Assembly (NCBI GenBank): GCA_022605425.2
Contig: JAKIMF020000001.1
Location: 2,617,471-2,681,470, forward strand
Direction of reading: 5' to 3'
DNA: 64,000 bases
DNA from: Hamiltosporidium tvaerminnensis FI-OER-3-3
Lineage: Eukaryota > Fungi > Microsporidia
The position numbers were made by a program, and so were the translations under genes. Below, piece after piece: positions 20,502-33,431 of the stretch; the stretch's first letter is position 1, and each line of letters begins with the position of its first letter. The notes under the pieces were generated by a model. It was not told where the DNA came from. It did no database searches and was given only the letters and a program-made list of their open reading frames with translations.

Positions 20502-22217
20502 TTATTTACCTTTTTTGTAAATATACCAATATACGCCCAAAATAACACCACCAATAAAAACGATTGGGATTAAAACAAACAGCAAAAAATCTATAATACC
20601 GAATTCTTTTGACTCATTCTTGTTATCAGAAGTTTGGGCTTTGGTTACCGGAATTGTAAAAATCTTTTTTCTCTCTTCTGGGCTAAGCCTTGAAAATTCT
20701 TGACGAAAAACATCAAAAAAGATATTTTCTTCATTAACTAAAAGTTTCTCATCGAATTCTTGTTGGTTTTCGTTGCAATATTTTTCTAATCGTATGTTAT
20801 AATCGTCTCTCCAAATGGAATTAGTAAATAACTCTACATAAATAAAAGTTTTCAATATGCTGGATGTTCGAGGTAACAAAAAATGATTAAAAGTATTTAA
20901 GACCAAGTTTTTATCGTATTCTATGCGCTGTTCATCAAGATAATTTTTAATCACTGCTATAAAATGCACCCTATATGTATTTATAGCAGAAGCATTTTTA
21001 TTTTCATTTTCAAATTCCATCTTCAAAACATCTGCAAGAAATAAAATTTCAACAATGCTTCGGATCATTGTTTGTTTGCATGTTAGTATTTCTTTAAAAC
21101 AAAATGCCTTCAAACAAAGTACTGCTGATATGTATTCATGGTATTCTGTTTTAGAGATGTTTTTCAAAAAAACGTATAAAGCATTTATATAGTTGATCTC
21201 TTTTCTTTCTACAATATATTCAATAAATTCTAAAGAGCTGTTTGAATCCCCTGCTTCAATATTAGATAGATCATTCTTGCCACTGAATTCGTATATTTTT
21301 TCAAACCCGTCCTCATTCACTTTCAAAATTTTTCTGAAAATCGGCTCAGAAATATATTTCGTGATTTTTTTATAAGATTCGAAATCTATATTCTTAAAAG
21401 ATTCATCTATATACGAGGTAGCATCCAGTGTAAATGCGGAAATTTCAATAGGGTTAATTATCTCTTTTTCGGTTAAAGATTTCAGTGTAAAGTATTCATT
21501 TTTTTTGCCCAAAAGAAACATACACTTTAGACATAAGAAAAAACCGAATTGATATTCATGCGTTGCATTAATTAGACTTCTGCTAAATATGCAAGAAGAA
21601 TATTCGTGGGAATTTAGGCACAACACAAGATTCTCGAGCACAGCTATATCTATTTTATTATCTCGGTTTGAGCTATTTTCGATATTCGTACATATTTCAG
21701 GGTATTTTTCTTTTAATGAATCATAATTCTGTTTCCACCACTCATTGTAATTACAATTCTTTCCTTGTAATCTATATGTTGTGAGTTTTACAAGAATATC
21801 TTTAATATTTGATTTCATGTTTTTATCTTCTTTGCAAAATTCAAAAAATTTCTTAAAACGAATCAGATTAAACAAAAATTCTGGATTATATTTTTGTATA
21901 TCGATTTCAGAATCAGGATTATATACAAAGTAACAAATCCAAGTTGTAAAATAAGCTAAGAATGTATCTGATTCATTGTTTGTATATTCTTGTATTTTTT
22001 TATAATAAAAGCTTGTGATTTTAACCAGTTTTTCTTTCCTTTCGTCTTCAATTTCGAATTCTAACTTATCAAAACATTTTTTAACTTGATCATCGGCTTT
22101 GAATTCATAAGATATTTCCAAATAATTGTCATGTATAGATAGTGAATCTTCTGAATTAAGTGTATATTCAAATTCCGATGCATATATTATTTTACAAATA
22201 AAAATAAAAAAATTCAT
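20502..22217 (-). CDS. Hypothetical 571-aa type I membrane protein (signal peptide, large ectodomain, C-terminal TM, KKxx end)
   Basis: N-terminus MNFFIFICKIIYAS. C-terminal hydrophobic helix FLLFVLIPIVFIGGVILGVYWYIY followed by KKGK-stop. CCCC directly abuts the ATG (22218-22221) and AATAAA overlaps the stop (20501-20506). Confidence 0.88.
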   Translation of the reverse strand: MNFFIFICKIIYASEFEYTLNSEDSLSIHDNYLEISYEFKADDQVKKCFDKLEFEIEDERKEKLVKITSFYYKKIQEYTNNESDTFLAYFTTWICYFVYNPDSEIDIQKYNPEFLFNLIRFKKFFEFCKEDKNMKSNIKDILVKLTTYRLQGKNCNYNEWWKQNYDSLKEKYPEICTNIENSSNRDNKIDIAVLENLVLCLNSHEYSSCIFSRSLINATHEYQFGFFLCLKCMFLLGKKNEYFTLKSLTEKEIINPIEISAFTLDATSYIDESFKNIDFESYKKITKYISEPIFRKILKVNEDGFEKIYEFSGKNDLSNIEAGDSNSSLEFIEYIVERKEINYINALYVFLKNISKTEYHEYISAVLCLKAFCFKEILTCKQTMIRSIVEILFLADVLKMEFENENKNASAINTYRVHFIAVIKNYLDEQRIEYDKNLVLNTFNHFLLPRTSSILKTFIYVELFTNSIWRDDYNIRLEKYCNENQQEFDEKLLVNEENIFFDVFRQEFSRLSPEERKKIFTIPVTKAQTSDNKNESKEFGIIDFLLFVLIPIVFIGGVILGVYWYIYKKGK

Positions 22218-23001
22218 GGGGATATAATATTTTCAACTTATATATTTGATAATTGTCTAAAAAACATAAATTTTTTTTCTAATAATTAACCAAAAATAGA
22301 ATAACATTTTTTTTTTCAAAAAATTTTCGTCTTTTTATTGGTCTTTTATAAAATTTTGATCAAATAAAGTTTTTTTGGTAAATTTGTAATCTGATTTATC
22401 ATCTCATTTGATCAATAAAAATATTATAACAAATTATCATAGTTTTATTTGTTCAAACAAACAATATTAAACATACAAATATCTTTTCATCGTAAAATTT
22501 TTAGAAATTATTAAATCAGAAAAATATAAAATAGAAAGTTTTTTTTGGTAGTTTTATAAACGAAGGATAGATTTTTCCTGGTTTAGTTAAAACTTTCAAA
22601 TCTTTGATTTTATACAAATATTTGTAATTTTAAAAAATGAAACTTGCAGCTGCTTTATTTAAAAAATTATTTCTTGTGAACTCAAAAATTATACGAACAA
22701 CTATAAAAATAAATTAGAAAAAAAAATTTACGATTGTATCAACGGATTCAAAATCTCTTGATTTAGCTTATAAGATTGCAATATCATGATTTATTTAGAG
22801 CTGACAATTAAATTATTGAATCAATTGATTAATCATTTTAAAATTTAACAAAAATATAATTTTTTTATTTAAAAGGGGTTAATCAATATTTTATTTGGTT
22901 AATTTTTACTTTTTTTTTATTGGATCTTAAATGCAGAAGAATATTTTCTCAAGAATTTGATAAATATTATGTATATATAAATAAAGATTGAAATTATTCA
23001 A

Positions 23002-26000
23002 AATGGGTAGAAAGAAAAATGTTAGCAGCGAAATATCGAATAATACCAAAATAAAGGCTGCAAACGACGCTGATGAGGTGAAAAAGAGTGATAGTGAGAT
23101 ACAAAAATGTAAGCTACACCCACCGGCGATTCCCCTACCTTCCTCCTCCTACACAACAATAACACCTCCACCACCAAGCCAAACATGCAGTAAAATGCAA
23201 AATAGTGGGCTTGACACCTTACCTTCGCCTAATGCACCAGTTCCCTCTTCGGTTGAAGTCTCTGCGTGCGAGCCATCGTACGACATGACAAGCCCCTGTA
23301 CTCTAGCTATTCCGGAAGGTAACAGGCTAATGGCATTGCGGACGATATTCGATTCCGTAACAGCCGACCCGAAGGAATGGCCTCGAATTGTTTTTTTTGC
23401 AGTACAGACAAGGTTTGAAAGAATGCCAAGAAATGGCTGGACAGAGCTTCACAGGTACTATAATGAGAAATTCGGCTGCACTGAAACTCTCGAAGTGTTA
23501 AAAAAATTGGCACAAAGTGAGATGGGAAAGGATGTAAAATCAGAAGAGAATGGAGAGCGACGTAGAATCGCCACTTGTCTCGCTGATACATGCACCTTGA
23601 CCGACACCACGGAGTACATAAACCTGAGAGATAAATTCTTGAGTAAAATCAAAGAAATCTCTGAGAACGAAATTGGAAAAGTAGTGGTCCGAACTAGAAA
23701 ACATCCAAATGAATTGGTTGATAGTAAAGTTCTGGATCTCATTAATCGAGTAGTCGGTGAATATGCAGGAGCTCATGTACCTGAGTCAATTACGGAAGCC
23801 GCGTATATCATGCAAGCTGCGCAGGTATGCTATGACGAGGCAACACGCAAAGAAAAGCCTAGATCCGCTTGGAAGGAAAACATAGAAAGTAAAATTTCTA
23901 AGTTAGTACTTTCCAAAGATCTTCTCGAGAAGGCTCGTAAGCAGGAAAAGCTCTCCACTTCGGAAACGAAGAGCCTTAAGAAAATCATGCGAGAGTTTAA
24001 TTTAAACTTGAGCAGCGTAACTGATCTTTCTGAGGCTTTAGTTAAGAAGAATGAGTCTTTGAATGTTTACGAGAAAAAAATTACGATGCATGAAAGTAGG
24101 AAGCAATTCCGAAAAGAGAATCGTATGTTTGAGCTTTTCCGAGGTCGATTTTATCGTGGGTTATCTGAGCGTGTGGAATCCGAGCATGTGGTTAGCCGTG
24201 ATGAAATTGTGAGTTTTTGGTCTACAATGTGGAACAAAAATGATGACACAGTCACGTACGATGATTATTTGATTCCATTTGTATCAGATAATCATCCGAC
24301 CACGTTTCCTTCACTTGATGAATTTGTGAATATCATTAATTGGCTCCCTAATTGGAAAGCTGCTGGAATTGATGGTATTTACAATTTTTTCATTAAGAAA
24401 CTTACAACTCTTCACAAATATCTTTATGATATTGTGAAAGTTATATGTTTAGAAGGAACACCTCAAGCTGATTGGTTTACTGCGGGCTTACGTATTTGAT
24501 ACCGAAAGGAATTCCACGAAGAGGCTCTGACTACAGGCCAATCACTTGTATGTCCAACCTCTATAAGTTAACGACAAAGTGTGTAACGAAAGTCGTTCAA
24601 CTTGAAGTGGAAAGGCGAGGGTTGCTTGCAGAGAACCAACTAGGGGCGGTAAGAGGTGTGCAATGAGCGAAAGAGCAGGCTCTACTGAATATTGCCTTAA
24701 ATAAAGAGTACGGAAACAATCTTAAGGCAACATGGATTGATGTTAAAAAAGCTTATGATTCAATAGATCATGCTTATTTAACTCAATGCATTGAAAACCT
24801 TAATTTACCTGATTGGATCCTGAAATTTATTAAGGTAATTATATCAAAATGGAAAATTGATATATCAGTAGGGCCTGAAAAAATCATGAGCAAGAAGATT
24901 GATAGAGGGATCCTGCAAGGAGATAGTCTGTCACCTTTGTTATTTGTGTTGTGTATGGATCCATTAAGCCGAAAGCTTAATGAAAAATACACAAAAGTGA
25001 CAGTACAAACAGATGCAGAATCCCATTCTACTAATCATCTCTTGTTTATTGATGATCTTAAGATCCTTGCAAAAGACAGCTCCACATTGAGTGCTATGAC
25101 AGGCGAGGCAAAGGAATTTTTAGAGGTGATTGGCTTAGAGATTAACAAAGAGAAGTCAGCCACAAATGATACGTGTTGTGAAGATACTGCTACTCTTCTA
25201 GAAGGTGTTAGTGTTTACAAATATTTAGGAATAATAGAAGATAGCAGAGGAATCCCAACACGTAGCTCATTTGAAGAAGTACAGAGCAAACTTATATCAA
25301 GAGTTGAAAGACTTTGTCACACTAGATTAAATGCAAAAAATTTATTTTCTGCAATCAATCAACATGCGATATCGTTAATCAACTACCACATAGGAGTACT
25401 TCGACTTGAACCGGCTGACTTCTCTAAGTTAGATGATGCAGTGCGTGCGGTGTTGGTTAAAAATAAGATACATCTCCGCCCAGGATGTAAAGAGCGGTTG
25501 TATCTTCCTAGAACAGAACTTGGAAGAGGCCTACATAGTGTTGAGTTGCGAAGCGAACATATGCTTCTGCAACTCTTGGATTGTCTGGAAAAAAGTAAAG
25601 AAATATCAACTAGACGAGCAGCAATCCTCAAGGTGGAGAATAATAATAAAACCCATCTTGCACAATTAACAGGCTTCTTAAAAGTAAAGTACAGGTTGGC
25701 AGAAGAAGTCACTAAGAAAAGTTTAGAAGAAGCTCAACTTGGAAAACTATATAACGAAATAGAAAAACGAAAACTCCATTCAAAGTTATATAATGCAAGG
25801 AAAAATGAGCTTGTGAGTGTTAGTGACTCTTCAAGATGGCTAAAGAGAGGAAATATTAGGCCACGAAATGAAGCTGTGTTCTGCTATATCCAGGATAGAA
25901 ATGTATTCTGGGGAGCAGATGGTGTGTGTCAACATTGCGGGAAGTCTGGTAAGACTGTGGATCATCTAGCAACTAGATGTGAAAAAATGCTAGGCCATGA

Positions 26001-26804
26001 TTACACTAGACGGCATAATGAAGTGGTTAGATGCCTACACCTTCTCCTTCTAAATAGATATAAGTTTAAGTCTTCAAAACGAATAAGGAGCCACTCAGTT
26101 CAAGAAATTCTTGATAATGAGTATGCAGAGATAAGAGTGGACACCAGAATTAAAACTGATGTTAAAATTCGGAATAACAGACCGGACATATTTATTTTAG
26201 ATAAGAAGAAGAATAAGATAACACTCATTGAAGTAGGAATCACTTCCCAAGATTCACTTCAAATAGTTGAAACTGAAAAACTTAGGAAGTATGACCTGCT
26301 AGCCAATGAGTTGGGCCTTATTTATAAGTGTAGTGTTGAGATAATCCCTTATGTGATGACCTGGGACGGTATTGTGACAAAATACCATAAATCTCATCTT
26401 AAAAGACTAGAAATACCCATGAATGTAGAAGCATACATTCAGTCTATAGTACTTAAAAAGACAGTCGAAACTATTTCCTTTGATCGACGAAGAGGACTTG
26501 AGTCAGGACTAAATGCCGAAGAGAGCTGGGAGAGAGCGTCAATGGGTGTTATTATGAGATCAGAGATGCATGAGGAACCAATACCCCCTTTAAAAGAAGC
26601 GAAAACAGAGGAAGATGGTGCCAAAAATTTTAAACCAAAATATAAAGCCCCCTTTATTTTACAAGGAGGAACCACTTTAGAGGAACCGACCAATAACATA
26701 AATGAAGAGTCGGATTTGGAAGAAGAGACAAAAGTGGTTAAAGAGGTAGAAGAAAACATGTAAAAAATGGTAAAAAATATTTTAACCCAGAATTTTATTA
26801 AATA
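23002..26804 (+). mobile_element. Non-LTR retrotransposon with restriction-like endonuclease, R4/Dong-like, 3803 bp
   Basis: Exact 12-bp TSD GAAATTATTCAA at 22990-23001 and 26805-26816. Single RT-CCHC-RLE reading frame. The 3' end ATTAAATA is shared with truncated copies. Confidence 0.95.
23003..26763 (+). pseudogene. RT-RLE polyprotein (about 1253 aa when repaired) with two lesions
   Basis: Motifs KAAGIDG, YRPITC, IDVKKAYDS, GILQGDSLSPLLF, LFIDDLK, YKYLG, RLYLPRTELGRGL, CQHC...H....C, RHNEV and RPD...LIEV...K..KY. One T is missing near 24477 (DWF-YCGLTYLIPK) and there is an in-frame TGA at 24664-24666 (GVQ*AKEQ). Confidence 0.93.
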
Positions 26805-28149
26805 GAAATTATTCAATATTTTTTTTCTTGCATTATGGCTTATTATAAGACGTAAACGATTTGATTCTGTTAAAAAAATATATCACGAAAATACACATTT
26901 TTTTTAATAAAAAAAATTTTGTTTTGTAATAAATTATTTTACCATAAAATAACAAAATATGAAACATTTTTTTAATAATTTCTTGTTATATTTGGTATTA
27001 AAATAATTTTAAAATATAAAACTAAAACGATATTTTTATTTTTGTTTGATTTGGTCCAAAATATGAACATAAAGCCAAAATAGAAACAAACAAGTCTCAA
27101 TCCTACATAATAGGCGTGATATATCTAGAGATTGAGGTATTTTGTATATTTACGTAAAAATATAGTAGAATGCAATTAAAAAACCAAAAAGAAAAGAAGT
27201 ATTTGCAACTTAACCACATAATTGTTTTAAGTTTTTTAGAAATATAAGTTAATTTAATTTAAAAATAGAAAATTCTATTATTTTCTCATTTATATATTGG
27301 TCGAATATTTTTCCTGATAAATGTTTTGATGCTATTTTTTTAATATTTTTCAAAAAAAAATTTCCATAGCATAACATATATCGTAGAGTAAATAATACTT
27401 ACTATTTTAAAGCAATCAGAATTTTTTTGACTTCTTAAGAATCTTTCGACGCAGATTTCATTTACCTTGTACAAAGGGTCATTGTATTTATTAGTTTGAT
27501 TTTTGTAAAACGTTTCGAGTGCTATACTGCAGAATGTCAAAAAAATACTTGATTTTTAATTCAGAAGTTTTCTTGCAAAAAAATATCTCAATATTATCTA
27601 GTTATATCTGTTTTGCTCGTACTTAAATCAGGAAAAAAATTGATAATAGTTTATGGATTTGATATTATTTGCTGGAGTTTTGGAAAGTGCTCCTTTCGTC
27701 AAGCGATCGCTTATTCAACTGTTTTATCTTAAAAAATTCTAAAACAGAACATTATGCTCCAGTTCAAAAAAACTTTTTAATTTCTCTAACAAAATATCAG
27801 TACAACAATTTTTTTGTGCTTTAAAATTAATTATATACTACATAGTTAAACAATTTGATTAATTCTTAAGTAATTTCTAGTCTTAAATATTTCAGTTTTA
27901 TACATTAAAACAAACCTTCTTATACATTTCTATCTGAGAAAATATTAAACAAATATTTCATCAAAAAGACACAAATTTGAATTTAGAGGCTATAAATCAA
28001 GAAAATGGATAATCTAGAAAAGATATACTTATCAAACAGATACAGAAATTCCGAAATCTCGAATCTGAAAAAAAATAAGAAATATTAAAATTTAATAAGA
28101 ATATAACAAAGTAAAATTCCAAGACGAATCAATTAAAAATGAATGGAAA

Positions 28150-28711
28150 TCTAGATCAAGGAAATGATAGTTAATACCAGCCCAACCCGAATCTTTTTAG
28201 TTCTGTACATTCTCTTGAAAATTTTCTTAAATGAAAGTTCGAATAATAACAATAGAATTTTAACCAACTCAGTATAATAAAAAGAATGCCAAGGCTTCTG
28301 GTTATTAATGAAGGAGCACAAAAACATTCCATTATTTATAAAAATATGAATTAAGTAAAATCAAAAGCGATGAGAAACGAATCCTATTATTTATAAGACA
28401 AAGGTTTTGTTCAGAAACGAAACAAGCTTATATATTACGGCCTTTTGTACCTCGCAGTATTTAAGGAAACTAAAAAAATTTACAGACTTCATAAACCTTT
28501 CAATATTTTGAAGAATCCTATAAATTTAGATTTTGCAAATAAAATCTATAAAGTCGAATTAATAGATTATTACTTCTTTGTATTGAATCCCTCTATGATT
28601 TTTGTATTATTTACTAGAGACAAAGATAAAAACATTTTATTTAGGTATTATAAATTTTTAAAGATAGATTTTATTACAATGCGTAAATTTCATTTTCTCA
28701 AGGAAAAATGA
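28150..28711 (+). mobile_element. Possible decayed Ty3/Gypsy reverse transcriptase remnant
   Basis: Fragments in the expected order across frames: TSPTRIFLV, ITAFCTS (about 28434), KPFNILKNP, VLFTRDKDKN. These resemble SP..SPIFLV, TAF.T, MPFGLKNAP and IFS...EEH. No intact YxDD. Confidence 0.4.
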
Positions 28712-31700
28712 TTAACATATACGCTTATTTCTTAAATTATTTTTTTTGATTTTATATGGCGCAAATGATACACTACTTTTTTCTTATCTTTCTTATTATT
28801 TTTGCTTTCTAGGGGTTACTCTTCTTTTCTATGATAGATAATCCGAAATATACGTTGAATTCCAAGAATCTTAATCTTTCTTTTTGCAAAATAAAAATTA
28901 TATGAGTGTAAAACCGTACATTAAAGTTTTTAAACTATGTAAATGATTCCTTTTAATATTACCAGATGCTCAGGGACTTATGTAATTTTTTTGGAACAAA
29001 TAGAAAAAAATAGAAATTTAAAATTTATGGTTCTTGGTTTAGAAATAAATTTTTTGTTTTGGCTTTTTCCTGACAAAAAATTTAATTGAATGAACAAGCC
29101 AGTATTTAAATATATTTCTCAATAAACAAAAATAGTGCTAAAAATTTTGAACCATTCGGTTTTTTTTCTATGATTTGATTCAAAGTTGTGGTAGATTATT
29201 TAAATATATCTAGAACATAGTTCATAAAAAGATTTTGAAATATCTTTTTGAGAAATTAATATTAATTATTATAGGGAGTCTATTTTATATTTTTCCTCTA
29301 ACTGTAAGCTTCAACCCAAAATGTGGCTACTAAAAAAAATCTAAAGAGCAAAATCCGGATTAATCTGAGAACCCGTTTATTTAACGAAAAGAGTGTACAC
29401 AGATACCCAAATATTACAAAAGCCGTTATTATCCCTTCTTTAATATCAAACCTTTAATAAAAGCATAAACCATAAGAGGTCTATATTTCGATGATTATTC
29501 AGAAATAAATTCTTTTTTTATATATTCACACTAGAGTTAGCTAAACGAATTGTTTTACACATCATACCTTCAAAATGTAGTCATGTAAATCAAAACTGAA
29601 GTTTTACCGTATTATTATAATATTTTGTATCATATATACATAGATATTACCAGAATTATTAATATTTTATCCATAGATAATGAATTAGATTGTTTAACCT
29701 TACTATCTCTCTAAGAAAATATTAGTTGATTAACATTATAAATTCTACACAATATTTAATAGTAAAATAACAAATTAGCAGTTTTAGGCAACAATTTATA
29801 GGATAAAAGGACTACTATTGACTTAAAAATCCACCTTTTTAGTTATCATATAGGCTTAAAAATTAAAAAATATCTTTTTACTTGTAAGAAATCTGGAAAT
29901 TTAAAAATTAAAAATAAAAAAATATTTCTTGTAAATTTATGCTTTAAGCAGTATTTTAGTTAAATTAGAAATCAACATATAAAGAAATATTATCTTTCTA
30001 TAAATTTAGTTATACTTTTGAATCAGAGCTTATATTTTAAAGTTTTAAATTCAAATCAGCAAAAAAACGAAAATATTTTCTCACTATATAAATTTACATT
30101 AAAGCAATTAAAACAGCAATAAGTTTAAAAAGCCTTCCTACGTAAACTCAAATAATAAACTTGAAAAATCGAATGAAAATAGATTTTTTACAAGACTTTA
30201 AATACGAATATATTGGCTATGAAATTATCTTTATACTAAATAGTATAATGATATTATTACCATTTATTTGTGATGATTGCATCTTAATAGAAGATAAATA
30301 GACAATTCCAAAATATATTTAAATTAGACAATCAAAATACAAATAAAGAATGAAAGTAAATATTCTCAACTTTTATTTCAAAAATATAAACAAAAAAAGA
30401 TTAAAATATTGTTAAATTCTTTTATAGTTATAAGAAAATATGTAGATAATTTAAGATTTTCTATTATTCGGATATATCCTAAAAATATCAATTATGTATA
30501 ATATTATAACCGAATGATCTTCCTTCGAATGTTTAACAATTTATAAAATCCAAGTGATCAATATTTTCTCAAAAAAATAGTCCAAACAGTTCAATGTTTT
30601 AATTTATAAAAAATTTAGTTAGGAAATAACTTTTTGAAAATTTTAAAATATAATTATACACAGCTTTAATTCACTTAGACTATATTTTTTTAGAACCTAT
30701 GATTGCTTTAGAAGTTTCAAAAAAAATCAGAAATGAATTGAAATTATATTACGCGAATAAATAACTCAAATTAATGTTTTAAAAAAATTAATACTTAAAC
30801 AATAACTTATCAAAAATGTTGTATTAAGCATAAGTATAAGAGGTTTAAAAAGAAGAATTTTTATGTATATCCCATATGCATTCTAGTTTATACAACTTAG
30901 CACAATATATTTATTTTTTTATTTGTCGCTGGTAAAATAAATGAACTAAAAACTTTGTATAAAACCTCGAAACGGTATGTAATCATAGCCTATTCGGATC
31001 AAAAATAAATTTTTAGCCGTCTGAAAATCGGTCAAGGTTAATTAATTGTACAAAAAAAAATTTTTAGAGCAATTGAACCTAATGAAATAAAATGTAAAGA
31101 TTCAAGCGATGTATTCTTTGTACAGTTAGTTTTTCATATGATGATAAGCTATGGTTATATCTCTAATGTAAACCGCTTGATATAACAAAACAAATACTAT
31201 TTGTGTTATAAAGAAGTTATTTAATTTTCTATTATATTAAGATATAGTTGCTCTATACATTTTTTTGAATTAACTGAATATACTTTAAATTGTCAAGATA
31301 TTTTAATATGATTTCAACATAAAATTTCCATACCCGGTGTGAAGTTTGAATTTTTTAGTGTTTGGTGACTTTCTTTCTGAACAAGAATAAAAGGTACAAG
31401 TAAAAGAGGATTTTTCCTAAATAAATAAATTCGAATAATAAAATACATATAGATTTTTCATGGTTTCTCTTGCACCAATATAAAGCATAAAAAAATGAAT
31501 AAGGTTTTTTTATCCTAAAAAGAGAATCGATTCCACAACTAATTTGGAAAATTAGGAAATATTTTTACATTAAAATTTATATGCAATAAATTATGTTTAT
31601 AAACCGATAGAACATCATTACGATCAGATTTATATAAATTGAGTAAGAATACTAGAACACAGTATTTTTTTTATCCTTACTAATTATATGTTTTGCAGAT

Positions 31701-33431
31701 AAAAGGTTATTGATTGCGAGTTTGATATAATAATACAGTCAAAAAATATCATCCCTACCTGTAAAAATGAATAGTAGTAGATATTTATGGAAACTATTTA
31801 TAAACTTGCTCAATTAATTGCCAATACTAATATACAGATTGTATAATAAAGATTTAGTTATCAGAAAATACGTAAATAGACACGAAATTTATGATAATTT
31901 AGGTGATAAAATCTTAAAATATAAACCAAATAAACGCATCAATTACTGAAAACCAATAAAAACAATTAAAGCCTTTTCTTGAAAAAGTACAATTTAACTA
32001 AATTCCAATGATATAAATTAAAATTTAAAAAAATTACTGAAACAAAAGTTTCTTAAAGAAAAAATCTCTAGTAGAGATATAAATTCAAAATCATTTTAAC
32101 TATAAAAATGAATTGCTTAAAAATAGAAGAAAATATTTCTTAAAAACTGATTAAACTTGTTGATATACATATAAATTACAAAAATTCAAATAATTCTCAA
32201 AATAGAACTTATCCTATTACCTATATGTTAACCTATTAAATAATTACAATATTAAAAATTATATATATAAAAAATTTCTTAGTGAAAATCATCGAACTGT
32301 ATTCATAATTACAACCGTTTTTCAATTGATTGTGATTTATTTATAAACAATCAATTTGGTTATCAACGTATATATTTCATTATTTAAATAAGAAAAAAGA
32401 TGCAGAGTTTTATTATACGGTGTTGGTTTTGTATCTAATAATTTGATGTGATTTATTTTTTCAAAACATATTGAGCAGCGAAGAACTATAATGAAAATAT
32501 GAAAAAATGTAAAAACCTGCATTCTGGGAACATTTGAACTTAAATTTTCATTAAAATATGTATGTTAATTTAAGGAAAAGGCGTAAATTTTGCCATATTG
32601 TTCTTTTATATAATTATTTTCTAATTATAATTCATCAAAAAGTGTTGATGCCGATGGCCCAGTGGTCATGAAAATCCGAGTTTACTTTCAAAGAGAAAGT
32701 ATAATGTATTAGGTGTAACCCAAAAAAACATGATGGCAAAATTGAACAAATATGAAACCGAAAAAAAGAGATTTATACGGTACTTGCTAGCTTTGAAAAT
32801 TCGAAATCAAATCGCTGGAAATATTTTTAAATTTTATGATATTTGAATTTTCTAGAACATTTCTTTGGTCAACTAAACAAAAATTTAAGAGTTATAAAAA
32901 ATTATCACTAAAACTAAAATGTATCTTGATATTATAATAAATGGTTGTATTTTTTATTAAATTCAAATATAATGGTTCTAATTCAATAATACAAAAGATC
33001 GGAAATTAATATTCTTAGATGATAAAAAGTACGAACCGTAAATAACCAGAAATATAAAACTTTCATCTTGTAAAGTAATTTTCTAAAACTGTCATTTTTT
33101 AATCTGTATGTCTTAAAGTTTCGGGTTGCTTGAATCAAATTTCTTTTAGTTAAAAATATTCTACCAGAAAATGCAAATTTCTAAAATTTTTATGGTTCTT
33201 GTATTACATGACCCAGAATCTAAAAAAATGAAAATTTTTAAATTCTAAAAGAATCGATAGAACAATGAAAAATTATATACGTACAAAAAAAGTTAACCAT
33301 GAAAATTTCATTTAGTTTTCCCGCAACTTTTACTTTCTTATTAAAACTTTTTGCTACAACTAACCAAAGAAACAACAAAAGAGTTTGGGAACCAAATTCT
33401 ATAGCTGAAAATAACGATTATTATCCCAGAA

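Noticed and set aside
20930-20990. YRVHFIAVIKNYL in the 571-aa protein resembling the family motif YMHYIWVVIKYL
   Set aside because: It lacks the conserved Gly and any flanking similarity, and is explained by AT-driven amino-acid bias.
29600-33060. Scattered TA-CCGTA / TACGG-TA ends suggesting pogo/Tc1 MITEs, and a TTAA-flanked end near 31040
   Set aside because: Could not pair the ends into elements with matching TIRs.
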